48,363 nucleotides of DNA from Armatimonadota bacterium (GTDB lineage Bacteria > Armatimonadota > UBA10988), in assembly GCA_016235455.1 (NCBI GenBank), contig JACRKZ010000061.1, positions 1-48,363 on the forward strand, in the 5' to 3' direction. Under the pieces are notes generated by a model, which was given only the letters and a program-made list of their open reading frames with translations, was not told where the DNA came from and did not search any database. The translations under genes and the position numbers were made by a program. Below, piece by piece: positions 1 to 8,384 of this stretch; positions within the stretch are counted from its first letter, which is position 1; each line of letters begins with the position of its first letter.

Positions 1-179
1 GGCCGAGCTTGAGGCGAACCGGTGTCAGCGCAATCGGCCTCCATGAGATCCCCTGGCCGCAGGCGGCCCAAAGCAGCAGTCGGGCGGCGCGAGGCGTGCT
101 CGCGAACCACCCGACTGACAGGTTCCCTGCGTTCTGAGCCTGAGCACTAGAACGCTAATGCTTGGGCGCGCCGTTCCCG

Positions 180-2186
180 CTACTTGGGCGGAGCCGGCAT
201 CAAGGGCTTCTTGTTGAACAAATCCAGCGGCCCGACGCCCGCGGGGTTGGTCGGCTCGGCGCCTTGCACGACGCGCACCTTGACCACGCGGTCGCCGATC
301 TGCAGCTTGTCCACCACGTCCATGCCGGCGATGACCTTGGCGAAGATCGCGTACTCGCGGTCGAGGCCCGGCTGGGGCGCCAGACAGATGTAGAACTGGC
401 TGCCGCCGCTATCGGGGTCGCCCTCGGCGCGAGCCAGGCCCAGCGTGCCACGCTGATGCGTGAGCACCTGGCTGAACTCGCCCGGCACGGTCCATTCGGG
501 CCCGCCGGTGCCGATCTTGGCGTCGTCGGGCGGCAGAGTCTTGGTGAACGGATCGCCGCCCTGCACCACGAACTTCTCGATGCGGCGGTGGAAGTAGGTC
601 TTCTCGAAGAACCCACTGCGTGCCAGATAGAGGAAGCTCGAGCAGGTCTTAGGCGCCGACTCGGGCAGCAACTCGATGACCACCTTGCCACGCGCGCCAC
701 AGTCGAACTCCACCACGGGGTTGGTCGTGGCGTACAGCGGCTTGGTGCCGCCAGGTGTCGTGCCACCCGGGGTCGTGCCACCGGGCGTACCGGGCGTCGG
801 GCGGGTGCCGCCCGGCGTGTCCGGCGTGGTCGGCGTGCCCTGGCCAGGATTGGCGACGGTCGTCGGTCCGCCCGACGTGGCGGGATCCGGGGTTGGCGGT
901 GTGCCGCCGGCCGTGGTCTGCGGCGGGGGCAGCGGAGCGCGTGGCGTGGCGTCGGGCACCAACAGCACTTCGCCCACGCTCAGCGCGGCGATGTTGGCTG
1001 GCTCGACGCTCTCGCCGGCGACTCCGGCTTCGGGCGCGCTGGTCACCCGCGCGGTGGTGGTCAGCGGCGGAACCAGCTTGGTCGGATAGGGCGAGCCGCT
1101 GGCCGAGGCGACGGCGGTCGTCACGGCGGCGTCAACCGCGCGGCCGGCACGGCTCATCAGGCTGCCGACCGACGACTGCAACGGGCCGAGGCGGGTAGCC
1201 ACGAACTCCAGGTTGCCCGCGGCGACGGCCTCGCGCAGCCAGCGCAGCGTCTCGTCGTGACGCTTGACCTCGTCGCGCAGCTTGTCGACGTCAGGTCCGG
1301 TCAGGCCTTCGGGCAGGATCTGGCGGGCGCTGGCCAGCTTGGCGTCCATCAGCGTCAGTTGGTCGCCCAACGCCTTGGCGCGGTCGCGCCCGGCAGGGTC
1401 GGCGAAGCGTTGGCTGCGCGCGGCCAGGATGCCCTGCAGCAGCGCCGAGGCCTGCGGCCCGCGCAGCAGCGGTGCCCAGACGTAGTAGACACTGCCCGCT
1501 CCCTCGACGCCCTTGCGGCGCATCTCGGCCAGGCCGGCGCCGTAGGTCGCGCCGCCCTTGTCCACCAGTGTGAGCAACGGCAAGAAGTCGACCGAGGCGT
1601 CCTGGCTGCCGGGGATCGGGCGCCATGCGCCGAGCCCCTCGGTGATGGCGAAGCGCGTGGGCACCCGCCCGCCCAGGAGCGACACGTCACCAGCCACCAG
1701 GTCGCACCCGGCGGGCGGCTCCTTCTCCAGCGTCTGGCCCGCGTCGAGCAGGCCCAGCCGCGTGGCCAGGGCGATGCGCCGCATGGGCGCGGCCACGGAA
1801 TCCCAGCCGGTGCCGGTCCAGCGTTGCGGCCGGCCGAAGACCGGTCCATTGGCGGCCACAATGAGGCTGCCGCCGCCGTCGAGGTAGGCCTGCAGTGCCG
1901 CGGTGGCATCGCCTTCGTCCACCACGGTGTCGGCGAAGCGCTCGCCGCCGACCAGCAAAGCCAGCGGATAGGTCTTGGGGTTGAGCCGAGCCTTGTCCAC
2001 CAGTTGCTGCGGGCTGAGCGCCGCGAGGTCGAGCCCCAACGAAGCCAACTGCGAGCGCGCCGCGGCGACCACGGCGTCGTCGCCCACGGGCGGCACCAAC
2101 GCGACGTCCCAAGCGCTCGCGGCGCTGGCCGTAACCAGCGCCAGCAGAGCCGCCCACAGCACGGACCGGCTAAGCCTCGACCACAC
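180..2186 (-). CDS. Secreted modular peptidyl-prolyl cis-trans isomerase (C-terminal cyclophilin domain)
   Basis: GTG start after GGAG; signal peptide VWSRLSRSVLWAALLALVTASAASA; alpha/beta domain (ALQAYLDGGGSLIV), coiled coil, Pro/Thr/Gly linker, then cyclophilin motifs FHRRIEKFVVQGGDP, HQRGTLGLAR, DSGGSQFYI. Confidence 0.85.
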   Translation of the reverse strand: MWSRLSRSVLWAALLALVTASAASAWDVALVPPVGDDAVVAAARSQLASLGLDLAALSPQQLVDKARLNPKTYPLALLVGGERFADTVVDEGDATAALQAYLDGGGSLIVAANGPVFGRPQRWTGTGWDSVAAPMRRIALATRLGLLDAGQTLEKEPPAGCDLVAGDVSLLGGRVPTRFAITEGLGAWRPIPGSQDASVDFLPLLTLVDKGGATYGAGLAEMRRKGVEGAGSVYYVWAPLLRGPQASALLQGILAARSQRFADPAGRDRAKALGDQLTLMDAKLASARQILPEGLTGPDVDKLRDEVKRHDETLRWLREAVAAGNLEFVATRLGPLQSSVGSLMSRAGRAVDAAVTTAVASASGSPYPTKLVPPLTTTARVTSAPEAGVAGESVEPANIAALSVGEVLLVPDATPRAPLPPPQTTAGGTPPTPDPATSGGPTTVANPGQGTPTTPDTPGGTRPTPGTPGGTTPGGTTPGGTKPLYATTNPVVEFDCGARGKVVIELLPESAPKTCSSFLYLARSGFFEKTYFHRRIEKFVVQGGDPFTKTLPPDDAKIGTGGPEWTVPGEFSQVLTHQRGTLGLARAEGDPDSGGSQFYICLAPQPGLDREYAIFAKVIAGMDVVDKLQIGDRVVKVRVVQGAEPTNPAGVGPLDLFNKKPLMPAPPK
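740..940 (-). repeat. Low-complexity PGGT(T/R/K)P and Pro/Thr linker repeats inside the PPIase
   Basis: Translates as TPGGTRPTPGTPGGTTPGGTTPGGTKP and neighbouring Pro/Thr-rich sequence. Confidence 0.7.
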
Positions 2187-2631
2187 GGAGCATCTCCAGT
2201 CGGTCGCCAACGCGCAGTTGGTCGACCACATCCATGCCGCTGCCGCGGACCTGGCCAAACACGGTGTACTGGCCGTCGAGGAAGGGCGCGGGGGCCAGAC
2301 AGATGTACCACTGACTGCCGGCGCTGTTGGGGCTCTGCGAGCGGGCCATGCCCAGCGTGCCGCGCAGGTGCAGGCGCTCGTTGAACTCGGCGGGCACACT
2401 GTAGCCGGGGCCACCGGTGCCGGCGCGCGGATGGCGCGCATTGTCGCGCGTGTGCGGGCAGCCGGTCTGCACGACGAAGCCGGGCTCCACGCGGTGCACG
2501 TGCAGCCCGTCATAGAACTTGTCGCGCACCAGCTTGAGCATGCTTTCGACGTGCTTGGGCGCTACGTCGGGAAACAGCTCCAACTCAAACGAGCCCTTGG
2601 ACGTGACGACCTCGACGATGGGCGGCGCCAC
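2170..2631 (-). CDS. Cytoplasmic single-domain cyclophilin-type PPIase
   Basis: HRVEPGFVVQTGCP, GGPGYSVPAEF, HLRGTLGMAR, NSAGSQWYI, LDGQYTVFGQV; no signal peptide. Confidence 0.9.
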   Translation of the reverse strand: MAPPIVEVVTSKGSFELELFPDVAPKHVESMLKLVRDKFYDGLHVHRVEPGFVVQTGCPHTRDNARHPRAGTGGPGYSVPAEFNERLHLRGTLGMARSQSPNSAGSQWYICLAPAPFLDGQYTVFGQVRGSGMDVVDQLRVGDRLEMLRVVEA

Positions 2632-2693
2632 CGCGCCCGATTCCTGACCAGTGGACACAGCTAACCCCAATCTTGGTCCCTTTTCGGGACAGC

Positions 2694-3557
2694 TCAGCGC
2701 TTCCCTTCCGGGAGATCACGGACGACCCAAAGATACTCGATACCGTCGCCCACGGCCATCTTGTCCACCTGGGCCATGGCATCGCCGAGCACCTTGCCGA
2801 AGATGCTGTACTGGCCATCGAGGAATGGCGCGTCGCCCAGCATGATGAACATCTGGCTGCCGGCCGAGTTGACATCCTGCGTGCGCGCCATGGACAGGAT
2901 GCCCTTGGTGTGCTTGAGCGTCTTGGAGAACTCGGCGGGGATGGTGAAGCCGGGTCCGCCGCCGCCCACGCCGGGCGCGTCGGCGCCGCCCTGCTTGGTG
3001 AGCGGGTCGCCGAACTGCACCACAAAGCCAGGCTCGACGCGGTGGATGACGATGCCGTCGTAGAACTTCTCGCGGGCCAGCTTGCAGATGGCCTTGACGG
3101 TCTTGGGCGCGGTCTCGGGCCACAGCTCCATGTAGATGACGCCATGCTTGGTCTGCATGGCCAACACCGGCTTGCTCGAGCCCTTGTACTTGGCGTCGCC
3201 CGTGGTGTTCTTCGGCCCGGCCTTGACCGGTGCGCCAGCCCCATGCTTGGGCTCGGCGCCGGCCTTCTTGGCAGCCTCGGCAGCCTCCTTGGCGGCTTCG
3301 ACGGCCTTGGCCTTGTCCTCGGCGGTGGGCTCGGGGATCTTCTCCTTGGTATCGGTGGAGAGCCCGGCCTTCACGTTCGCTTCCACGTCGGCCTGGCCCG
3401 GTTCATAGGCCTTGGGCGGCGGTGCCGCCAAGTCGCCCGCGAAACCGCCGGCCTCCTTGGCACTGCCCTTGCCGGCCTCCCCGGAACCCGATTGACGCCC
3501 GCAGCCGGCCAGGACCAGCAGCGTCGCAAGCATGAGAACACCAGCCAACCGTCGCAT
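2694..3557 (-). CDS. Lipoprotein cyclophilin-type PPIase
   Basis: MRRLAGVLMLATLLVLAGC lipobox; Ala/Lys-rich linker; HRVEPGFVVQFGDP, HTKGILSMAR, NSAGSQMFI. Confidence 0.9.
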   Translation of the reverse strand: MRRLAGVLMLATLLVLAGCGRQSGSGEAGKGSAKEAGGFAGDLAAPPPKAYEPGQADVEANVKAGLSTDTKEKIPEPTAEDKAKAVEAAKEAAEAAKKAGAEPKHGAGAPVKAGPKNTTGDAKYKGSSKPVLAMQTKHGVIYMELWPETAPKTVKAICKLAREKFYDGIVIHRVEPGFVVQFGDPLTKQGGADAPGVGGGGPGFTIPAEFSKTLKHTKGILSMARTQDVNSAGSQMFIMLGDAPFLDGQYSIFGKVLGDAMAQVDKMAVGDGIEYLWVVRDLPEGKR

Positions 3558-3755
3558 CGCATCCCTCTCTGGGCGGTCATTATACCACACCCGCAACAGG
3601 GCCTGACAGCGGCGGCCCGGCGCGGCCACGCCACCGCCCCCCGAGGCCCGGGGAGAGCCACTCGGGCCGGACATCGCGATCATGGCTATACTGAGCAGTA
3701 AGCCGGCGGCCGGCGGCCGCGGGCCATTCGGACGCGCTGTGTGAGATCGCTCCCC

Positions 3756-4796
3756 ATGGCCAGTGGCACCCAGCAGATCACCGCCGCCATCCGTGAAGCC
3801 GCGACCGCGCTCGGGTTCGGCCGCTGTGGCTTCGCACCGGCCACCCGGCCGGCACGCTTCGAGTCGTACCTCGAAGCCCTGGCCGCCGGCCGCCACGCCG
3901 GCATGGCCTGGTTGGCCCGTGACGACGCCGTTCATCAGCGTAGCGATCCGACGCTGCTGCTGCCCGGCGCCAGGAGCATCGTCATGGTCGCGACCCGCTA
4001 TGCCACCGGCGCCGAGCCGAGCGGGGGCGTGGCGCGCTACGCTCGCGGCGCGGACTACCACGAGGTGCTCGGCGCCCGACTGGAGCGACTGGCCGAGCGG
4101 GTGCGCGAACTGGGCGGCCAGGCGCGGCCGTTTGTGGATAGCAGCGCGGTCTGCGAAGTGGCCCACGCGGCCGCCGCGGGCCTCGGCTGGATCGGCCGCA
4201 ATACGCTCCTGCTGCACCCCGACGGCGGCTCCTGGTGGCTGCTGGGCGGCCTGCTGACCGACCTGGAGCTGGTGCCCGACGAGCCGCTGGCCGAGCGTTG
4301 CGGGACATGCCGGCGCTGCCTGGACGCATGCCCCACCGGCGCGCTGGTCGCGCCCTATCAGCTTGATGCGGCACGCTGCCTGAGCTACCTGACCATCGAG
4401 CACAAGGGCGCAACGCCGGCGGAACTGCGCTCGGCGCAGGGCGACTGGGTGTTCGGCTGCGACATCTGCCAGGAGGTCTGCCCCTGGTGCCGACCGCGCG
4501 GCGAGGGCCTGGTCGACGCCGAACTGGCCGCGCCAGCAGAGCGACCCGCGCCGAGTGCCGAGTGGCTGACGCTGCCGGCGGACCAGTTCCGCGCCCGGGT
4601 GGCCGGTACGCCGTTGGCTCGGCCCAAGCGCCGCGGCCTGCTGCGCAACCTGGGTCACGTGCTCGGCAACCGCGAGCACTTGTCAGCAACGGAGCGCGCC
4701 GCCCTGGCCGCCGCCCTGGCCGACGAGGAGCCGCTGGTAGCCGAATCGGCCCGCTGGGCGTGGGCCCGACAGGCGGGCGAGTCTGGAGAGGAGTGA
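3756..4796 (+). CDS. queG: tRNA epoxyqueuosine(34) reductase
   Basis: YARGADYH, AGLGWIGRNTLL, CGTCRRCLDACPTGA, CLSYLTIEHKG, WVFGCDICQEVCPW. Confidence 0.93.
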   Translation: MASGTQQITAAIREAATALGFGRCGFAPATRPARFESYLEALAAGRHAGMAWLARDDAVHQRSDPTLLLPGARSIVMVATRYATGAEPSGGVARYARGADYHEVLGARLERLAERVRELGGQARPFVDSSAVCEVAHAAAAGLGWIGRNTLLLHPDGGSWWLLGGLLTDLELVPDEPLAERCGTCRRCLDACPTGALVAPYQLDAARCLSYLTIEHKGATPAELRSAQGDWVFGCDICQEVCPWCRPRGEGLVDAELAAPAERPAPSAEWLTLPADQFRARVAGTPLARPKRRGLLRNLGHVLGNREHLSATERAALAAALADEEPLVAESARWAWARQAGESGEE

Positions 4797-4848
4797 ACCG
4801 CGTCACGGCCAACAGTGTCAAACTTACTCAGGTCTTGGCGCCGCGGCC

Positions 4849-4875
4849 TCAAGCTCTTCGCCCCACGCGCGATTA
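4849..4875 (+). promoter_or_regulatory. Possible sigma28 (FliA-type) promoter
   Basis: TCAAG at 4849; 15-nt spacer counted from TCAA; CGCGATTA at 4868 with the CGAT core in register; just upstream of the GGGAG RBS of the HD-GYP gene. Confidence 0.4.
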
Positions 4876-4892
4876 CCCATAGGGAGCGTTCG

Positions 4893-5678
4893 ATGGAACT
4901 AGGTCATGGTGTCTCGGGAGGCGAACTGGCCACCAAGCTGGAGGCGGCCTGCCTGCCGCTGATGGAAGAGTGGCTGCAGGACCTCAACGGTGACGACGGC
5001 CACCTGCTGGCCGAAATTCACGAGGAGGACCTGCGCATCTACGCCTTCCTGCTGGTGCGCAAGGTCATCGATTTCGTGGCCAAGGAGGTCGGCGTCGACC
5101 TCGAAGCCACACGCGGCCGCTCCGACTTCCGCCGGCAATTCCTGGACAGTGCGGCGCATCTGGTGGACACCATGGACGACCAGGTGCCGCATACCAGCGG
5201 CCGCTCGCGCCGCGTGGCGCAGTTCGCGGGCCGGCTGGCCTCCATGCTCAAATTGAGCGACGCGGAGATCGCCGACATCGAGGACGCCGCGCGCATCGCC
5301 AACCTGGGCCTGATCAACACCAGCCAGAAGCTCTTCAGCCAGCCGCGTCGCCTGTCGCCCGAGGAACTGGCCATGGCTCGCAACCACGCCCAGGTCGGCG
5401 CGGACATCGTCAAGCCCATGGAGTTCATGTCCGAGATCGGCCAGATGGTGCGCTACCACCATGCCAACTGGGACGGCAGCGGCTGCCCGGAAGGCATCGG
5501 CGGCGAGCAGATCCCGCTGGGCGCTCGCATCATCCGCATCGCCGACGCCTTCGAGGCGCTCATGTCGGACCGGCCGCACCGCCGCGCCATGGGCCGCGAC
5601 GAAGCGCTCACGGAGCTGCTCAAGGACTCGGGCAAGGCCTTTGACCCGAGCCTCGTGCGGTTCTCTGGGGCGATGTAG
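4893..5678 (+). CDS. Degenerate HD-GYP domain protein, probably catalytically inactive
   Basis: HD-GYP scaffold (HTSGRSRRVA, HHANWDGSGCP, IPLGARIIRIADAFEALMSDRPHR, GKAFDP), but the HD motif reads AN and GYP reads GCP. Confidence 0.85.
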   Translation: MELGHGVSGGELATKLEAACLPLMEEWLQDLNGDDGHLLAEIHEEDLRIYAFLLVRKVIDFVAKEVGVDLEATRGRSDFRRQFLDSAAHLVDTMDDQVPHTSGRSRRVAQFAGRLASMLKLSDAEIADIEDAARIANLGLINTSQKLFSQPRRLSPEELAMARNHAQVGADIVKPMEFMSEIGQMVRYHHANWDGSGCPEGIGGEQIPLGARIIRIADAFEALMSDRPHRRAMGRDEALTELLKDSGKAFDPSLVRFSGAM

Positions 5679-5705
5679 CTCGCCGTCTGGCGCAAGGGGT
5701 TTGCC

Positions 5706-7040
5706 ATGGCCAACGAACGCATGCTCGCCGAAGCCCGCCGGATGCTCCAAGCCAGCCGCCATCTGGCCAGCCAGGCGCTGCCCGACCTGCCCTCGGCGCC
5801 CAACAGCGTCGAGCAGACCGGGCTCAAGGAGGCCTTCCTGGTTGACCTGGCGGTCAAGACGCTGTTCGTGCGCGGCACGCTCACCGGTCGGGAGATCTGC
5901 GATGCCATGGCCCTGCCCTACCAGGGCGTGGTCGAGAACGTGCTGCGCGTCATCAAGGACGAGATGTGGGCCGCCATCCGCGGTGGCCAGGGCGTCAACG
6001 AGCTCGACTGGGAGTTCTACATCACCGAGAAGGGCGGCAACTACGCCCGCGACCTGATCAGCCGCATGGGCTACGCCGGTCCGGCGCCGGTGCCCTTCGA
6101 CGCCTATGTGGAGGTGGCCGGCAAGCAGTTGCCCGAGTGGCAGCGGCTGAACAAGGACCACATGCGCTCCGCGTTCGATGGCTTGGTGGTGAGCGACCCG
6201 ATGCTCATGAAGCTCGGGCCGGCCTTCAACTCGGGCAAGTCGATGTTCCTCTACGGCCATGCCGGTAACGGCAAGACGCTGCTCTCGGAACGCATGAGCA
6301 GCAGCCTGCGCGGCGGCATGTTGATCCCCCACGCCATCGAGGCCGGTGGCCAGGTGGTGCAGCTCTTCGACCCGGCCCACCACGAACTGCTGGGCGACCC
6401 CGCCGACCGTACCAAGCTCAATGTCGACCGCCGCTGGATCGTCGTCAACCGCCCGTTCATCATCGTCGGCGGCGAACTGCAGATGAGCGATCTGGAGATG
6501 GTCTGGGACACCCAGAGCCGCCACTACATCGCCCCGCTGCAGCTCAAGGCCAATGGCGGCGTGTTCATGATCGACGACTTCGGCCGCCAGCGCATGCCCG
6601 CGCGCGACCTGCTCAACCGCTGGATCGTGCCGCTGGAAAAGAACTACGACTACCACTCGCTGTCCGGCGGCGTGCAGATCCAGGTGCCGTTCAACCTGCT
6701 GATCATCTTCTCCACCAACCTCGCGCCGCGCGACCTGGTGGAAGAAGCCTTCCTGCGCCGCATCAAGTACAAAGTCGAGATCGGCGACCCCGACGAGGCG
6801 CAGTTCCGCGAGATCTGGGTCAACTACTGCAAGTCGGCCCGCGTGCCCTATGAGCCGGCCATGCTCGATTACGTCGTGCGACGGCACTATGGCGAGGGCA
6901 AGCGCGGCTTCCGCTCCACGCATCCGCGCGACCTGATCAACCAGGCGATGGACATCGCGCGCTTCAATGAGCTGCCGATGAAGCTGACCGAGACGCTGAT
7001 CGACGCGGCGGTGGATACGTATTTCGTGGATCTGACGTAG
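5706..7040 (+). CDS. AAA+ family ATPase with N-terminal winged-helix-like region
   Basis: Walker A GHAGNGKT; Walker B QLKANGGVFMIDDFGRQ; FSTNL; AFLRRIKYK. Confidence 0.85.
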   Translation: MANERMLAEARRMLQASRHLASQALPDLPSAPNSVEQTGLKEAFLVDLAVKTLFVRGTLTGREICDAMALPYQGVVENVLRVIKDEMWAAIRGGQGVNELDWEFYITEKGGNYARDLISRMGYAGPAPVPFDAYVEVAGKQLPEWQRLNKDHMRSAFDGLVVSDPMLMKLGPAFNSGKSMFLYGHAGNGKTLLSERMSSSLRGGMLIPHAIEAGGQVVQLFDPAHHELLGDPADRTKLNVDRRWIVVNRPFIIVGGELQMSDLEMVWDTQSRHYIAPLQLKANGGVFMIDDFGRQRMPARDLLNRWIVPLEKNYDYHSLSGGVQIQVPFNLLIIFSTNLAPRDLVEEAFLRRIKYKVEIGDPDEAQFREIWVNYCKSARVPYEPAMLDYVVRRHYGEGKRGFRSTHPRDLINQAMDIARFNELPMKLTETLIDAAVDTYFVDLT

Positions 7041-7058
7041 CGCGCGGTCATCAGCAGA

Positions 7059-8078
7059 CTAGGCCTCAAGCCGGTACCGGCCAAGCCGTTCGGCCAAGTC
7101 GCAGACGACATCGAACAGCCGGACGCTGCCGCCGCCATCCGGTACTTCGGCTCGCCACACCTCGCCCGCGACGGCGGCCTCCAAAGCTCTGCCCGCAGCG
7201 TGACTGCCCAGTACATACTCGATGGTCCGCGACACGTCGCAACTCGACCACTGCACGGTGTTGGAGGCCTCCACGGCGTGGACCGTGCTGCGCACACAGC
7301 GGATGGTCGGCAGGTCAGGGGCGCCACCGGGCAGTGGCTTGAGCACCAACGCATCGAGCGCCTCACAGGCGTCCTGGGCGGCTTGGGGGTTGGTCCGGCC
7401 TCGCCGGGCCGCGCGACGGTCCCCGGAGCCCTTCGCGGCCAGGAGGCGTGATCGAACCTGCCCGATCGCGTCGATATGTTCCGCCACAGCCGTCTTGCAC
7501 GTGCCGCACAACGGCCACGCCACGGACAGGCGCTGGTCCAGCCGCCCATTCTGCTTGGTATCGACAATGGACATCATCAGCAGCTTCACCTCGATCTGTG
7601 TCGAGTAGTGGATCTCGTGCGGCACCTCCTCGGCCAACACGCTGCAGGGCTCGTTCTGGCCGCACACGGCGCAGGAGACTGGCATCGGCACCGGGGGCGC
7701 ATGCTGCGCACAGATCAGGTCGCATAGGGTGGCCATCACTGCATTGAGTAAGACCGCGTGGCCGGCGCGCGCCTTCGCAAGCAGACGATCAACATCACGC
7801 CCCGTGTCGCCAAACGGCCCGCAGCCAAACCGCAGTGCGTGAGCATGCACCATCGTAGAGCGCGGATCGCCTCGCCACGGCGGCGCGCCCTCGAGCGGCT
7901 TGGGCCGTGACGTCGCCAACGCCTCCGCCGCCTTTAGGGCCTGCGCGGCACGAGTCGGGTCGCCTAGTGCCCTGAAGTGGTCAGCGGCCTCGACCAACTC
8001 GTCATGGGTCAGGGCGCGCTCGCGCTGAGTGCCCGACAGTTCGCGTAATCGAGCGGTACGGCGGTGACGATCGTCCAT
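7059..8078 (-). CDS. Hypothetical protein with two CxxC pairs
   Basis: RBS GAGGAGG before ATG 8078; CAVC and CGTC; no family recognised. Confidence 0.55.
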   Translation of the reverse strand: MDDRHRRTARLRELSGTQRERALTHDELVEAADHFRALGDPTRAAQALKAAEALATSRPKPLEGAPPWRGDPRSTMVHAHALRFGCGPFGDTGRDVDRLLAKARAGHAVLLNAVMATLCDLICAQHAPPVPMPVSCAVCGQNEPCSVLAEEVPHEIHYSTQIEVKLLMMSIVDTKQNGRLDQRLSVAWPLCGTCKTAVAEHIDAIGQVRSRLLAAKGSGDRRAARRGRTNPQAAQDACEALDALVLKPLPGGAPDLPTIRCVRSTVHAVEASNTVQWSSCDVSRTIEYVLGSHAAGRALEAAVAGEVWRAEVPDGGGSVRLFDVVCDLAERLGRYRLEA

Positions 8079-8384
8079 TGATCGTTCCTCCTCCAGAGCC
8101 TGTCCCGGGGCTCCGTGCCAGCATCGTAGCCGACTGGTTGGCCAGCGACGTGTCACTTCCTGCGCCGCTTGTGCCCCCTACCCCAACCCACCGACGGCCA
8201 AACGATGCTTCAGCATGCCTTGTAACAAGACTTTCAGATGCACTTAGTCGAATAATCGAGGCATAAAAGCCGTTGGACCCGGTGCGTGGCTGCCAAGGTG
8301 GCAGGAGCGGGACACGCGGACAAGAAGCGCGGCGGCTGCTGGTCGAGTCGAACGGGCTCGGCGGCCGGCCGCGGAGGGATAACG

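Noticed and set aside
1-44. Possible minus-strand gene start at the window edge (MEADCADTGSPQAR)
   Set aside because: Too short to support
8280-8320. Small hairpins in the leader of the repeat protein as a riboswitch
   Set aside because: No riboswitch consensus recognised; an Rfam/Infernal scan would be needed
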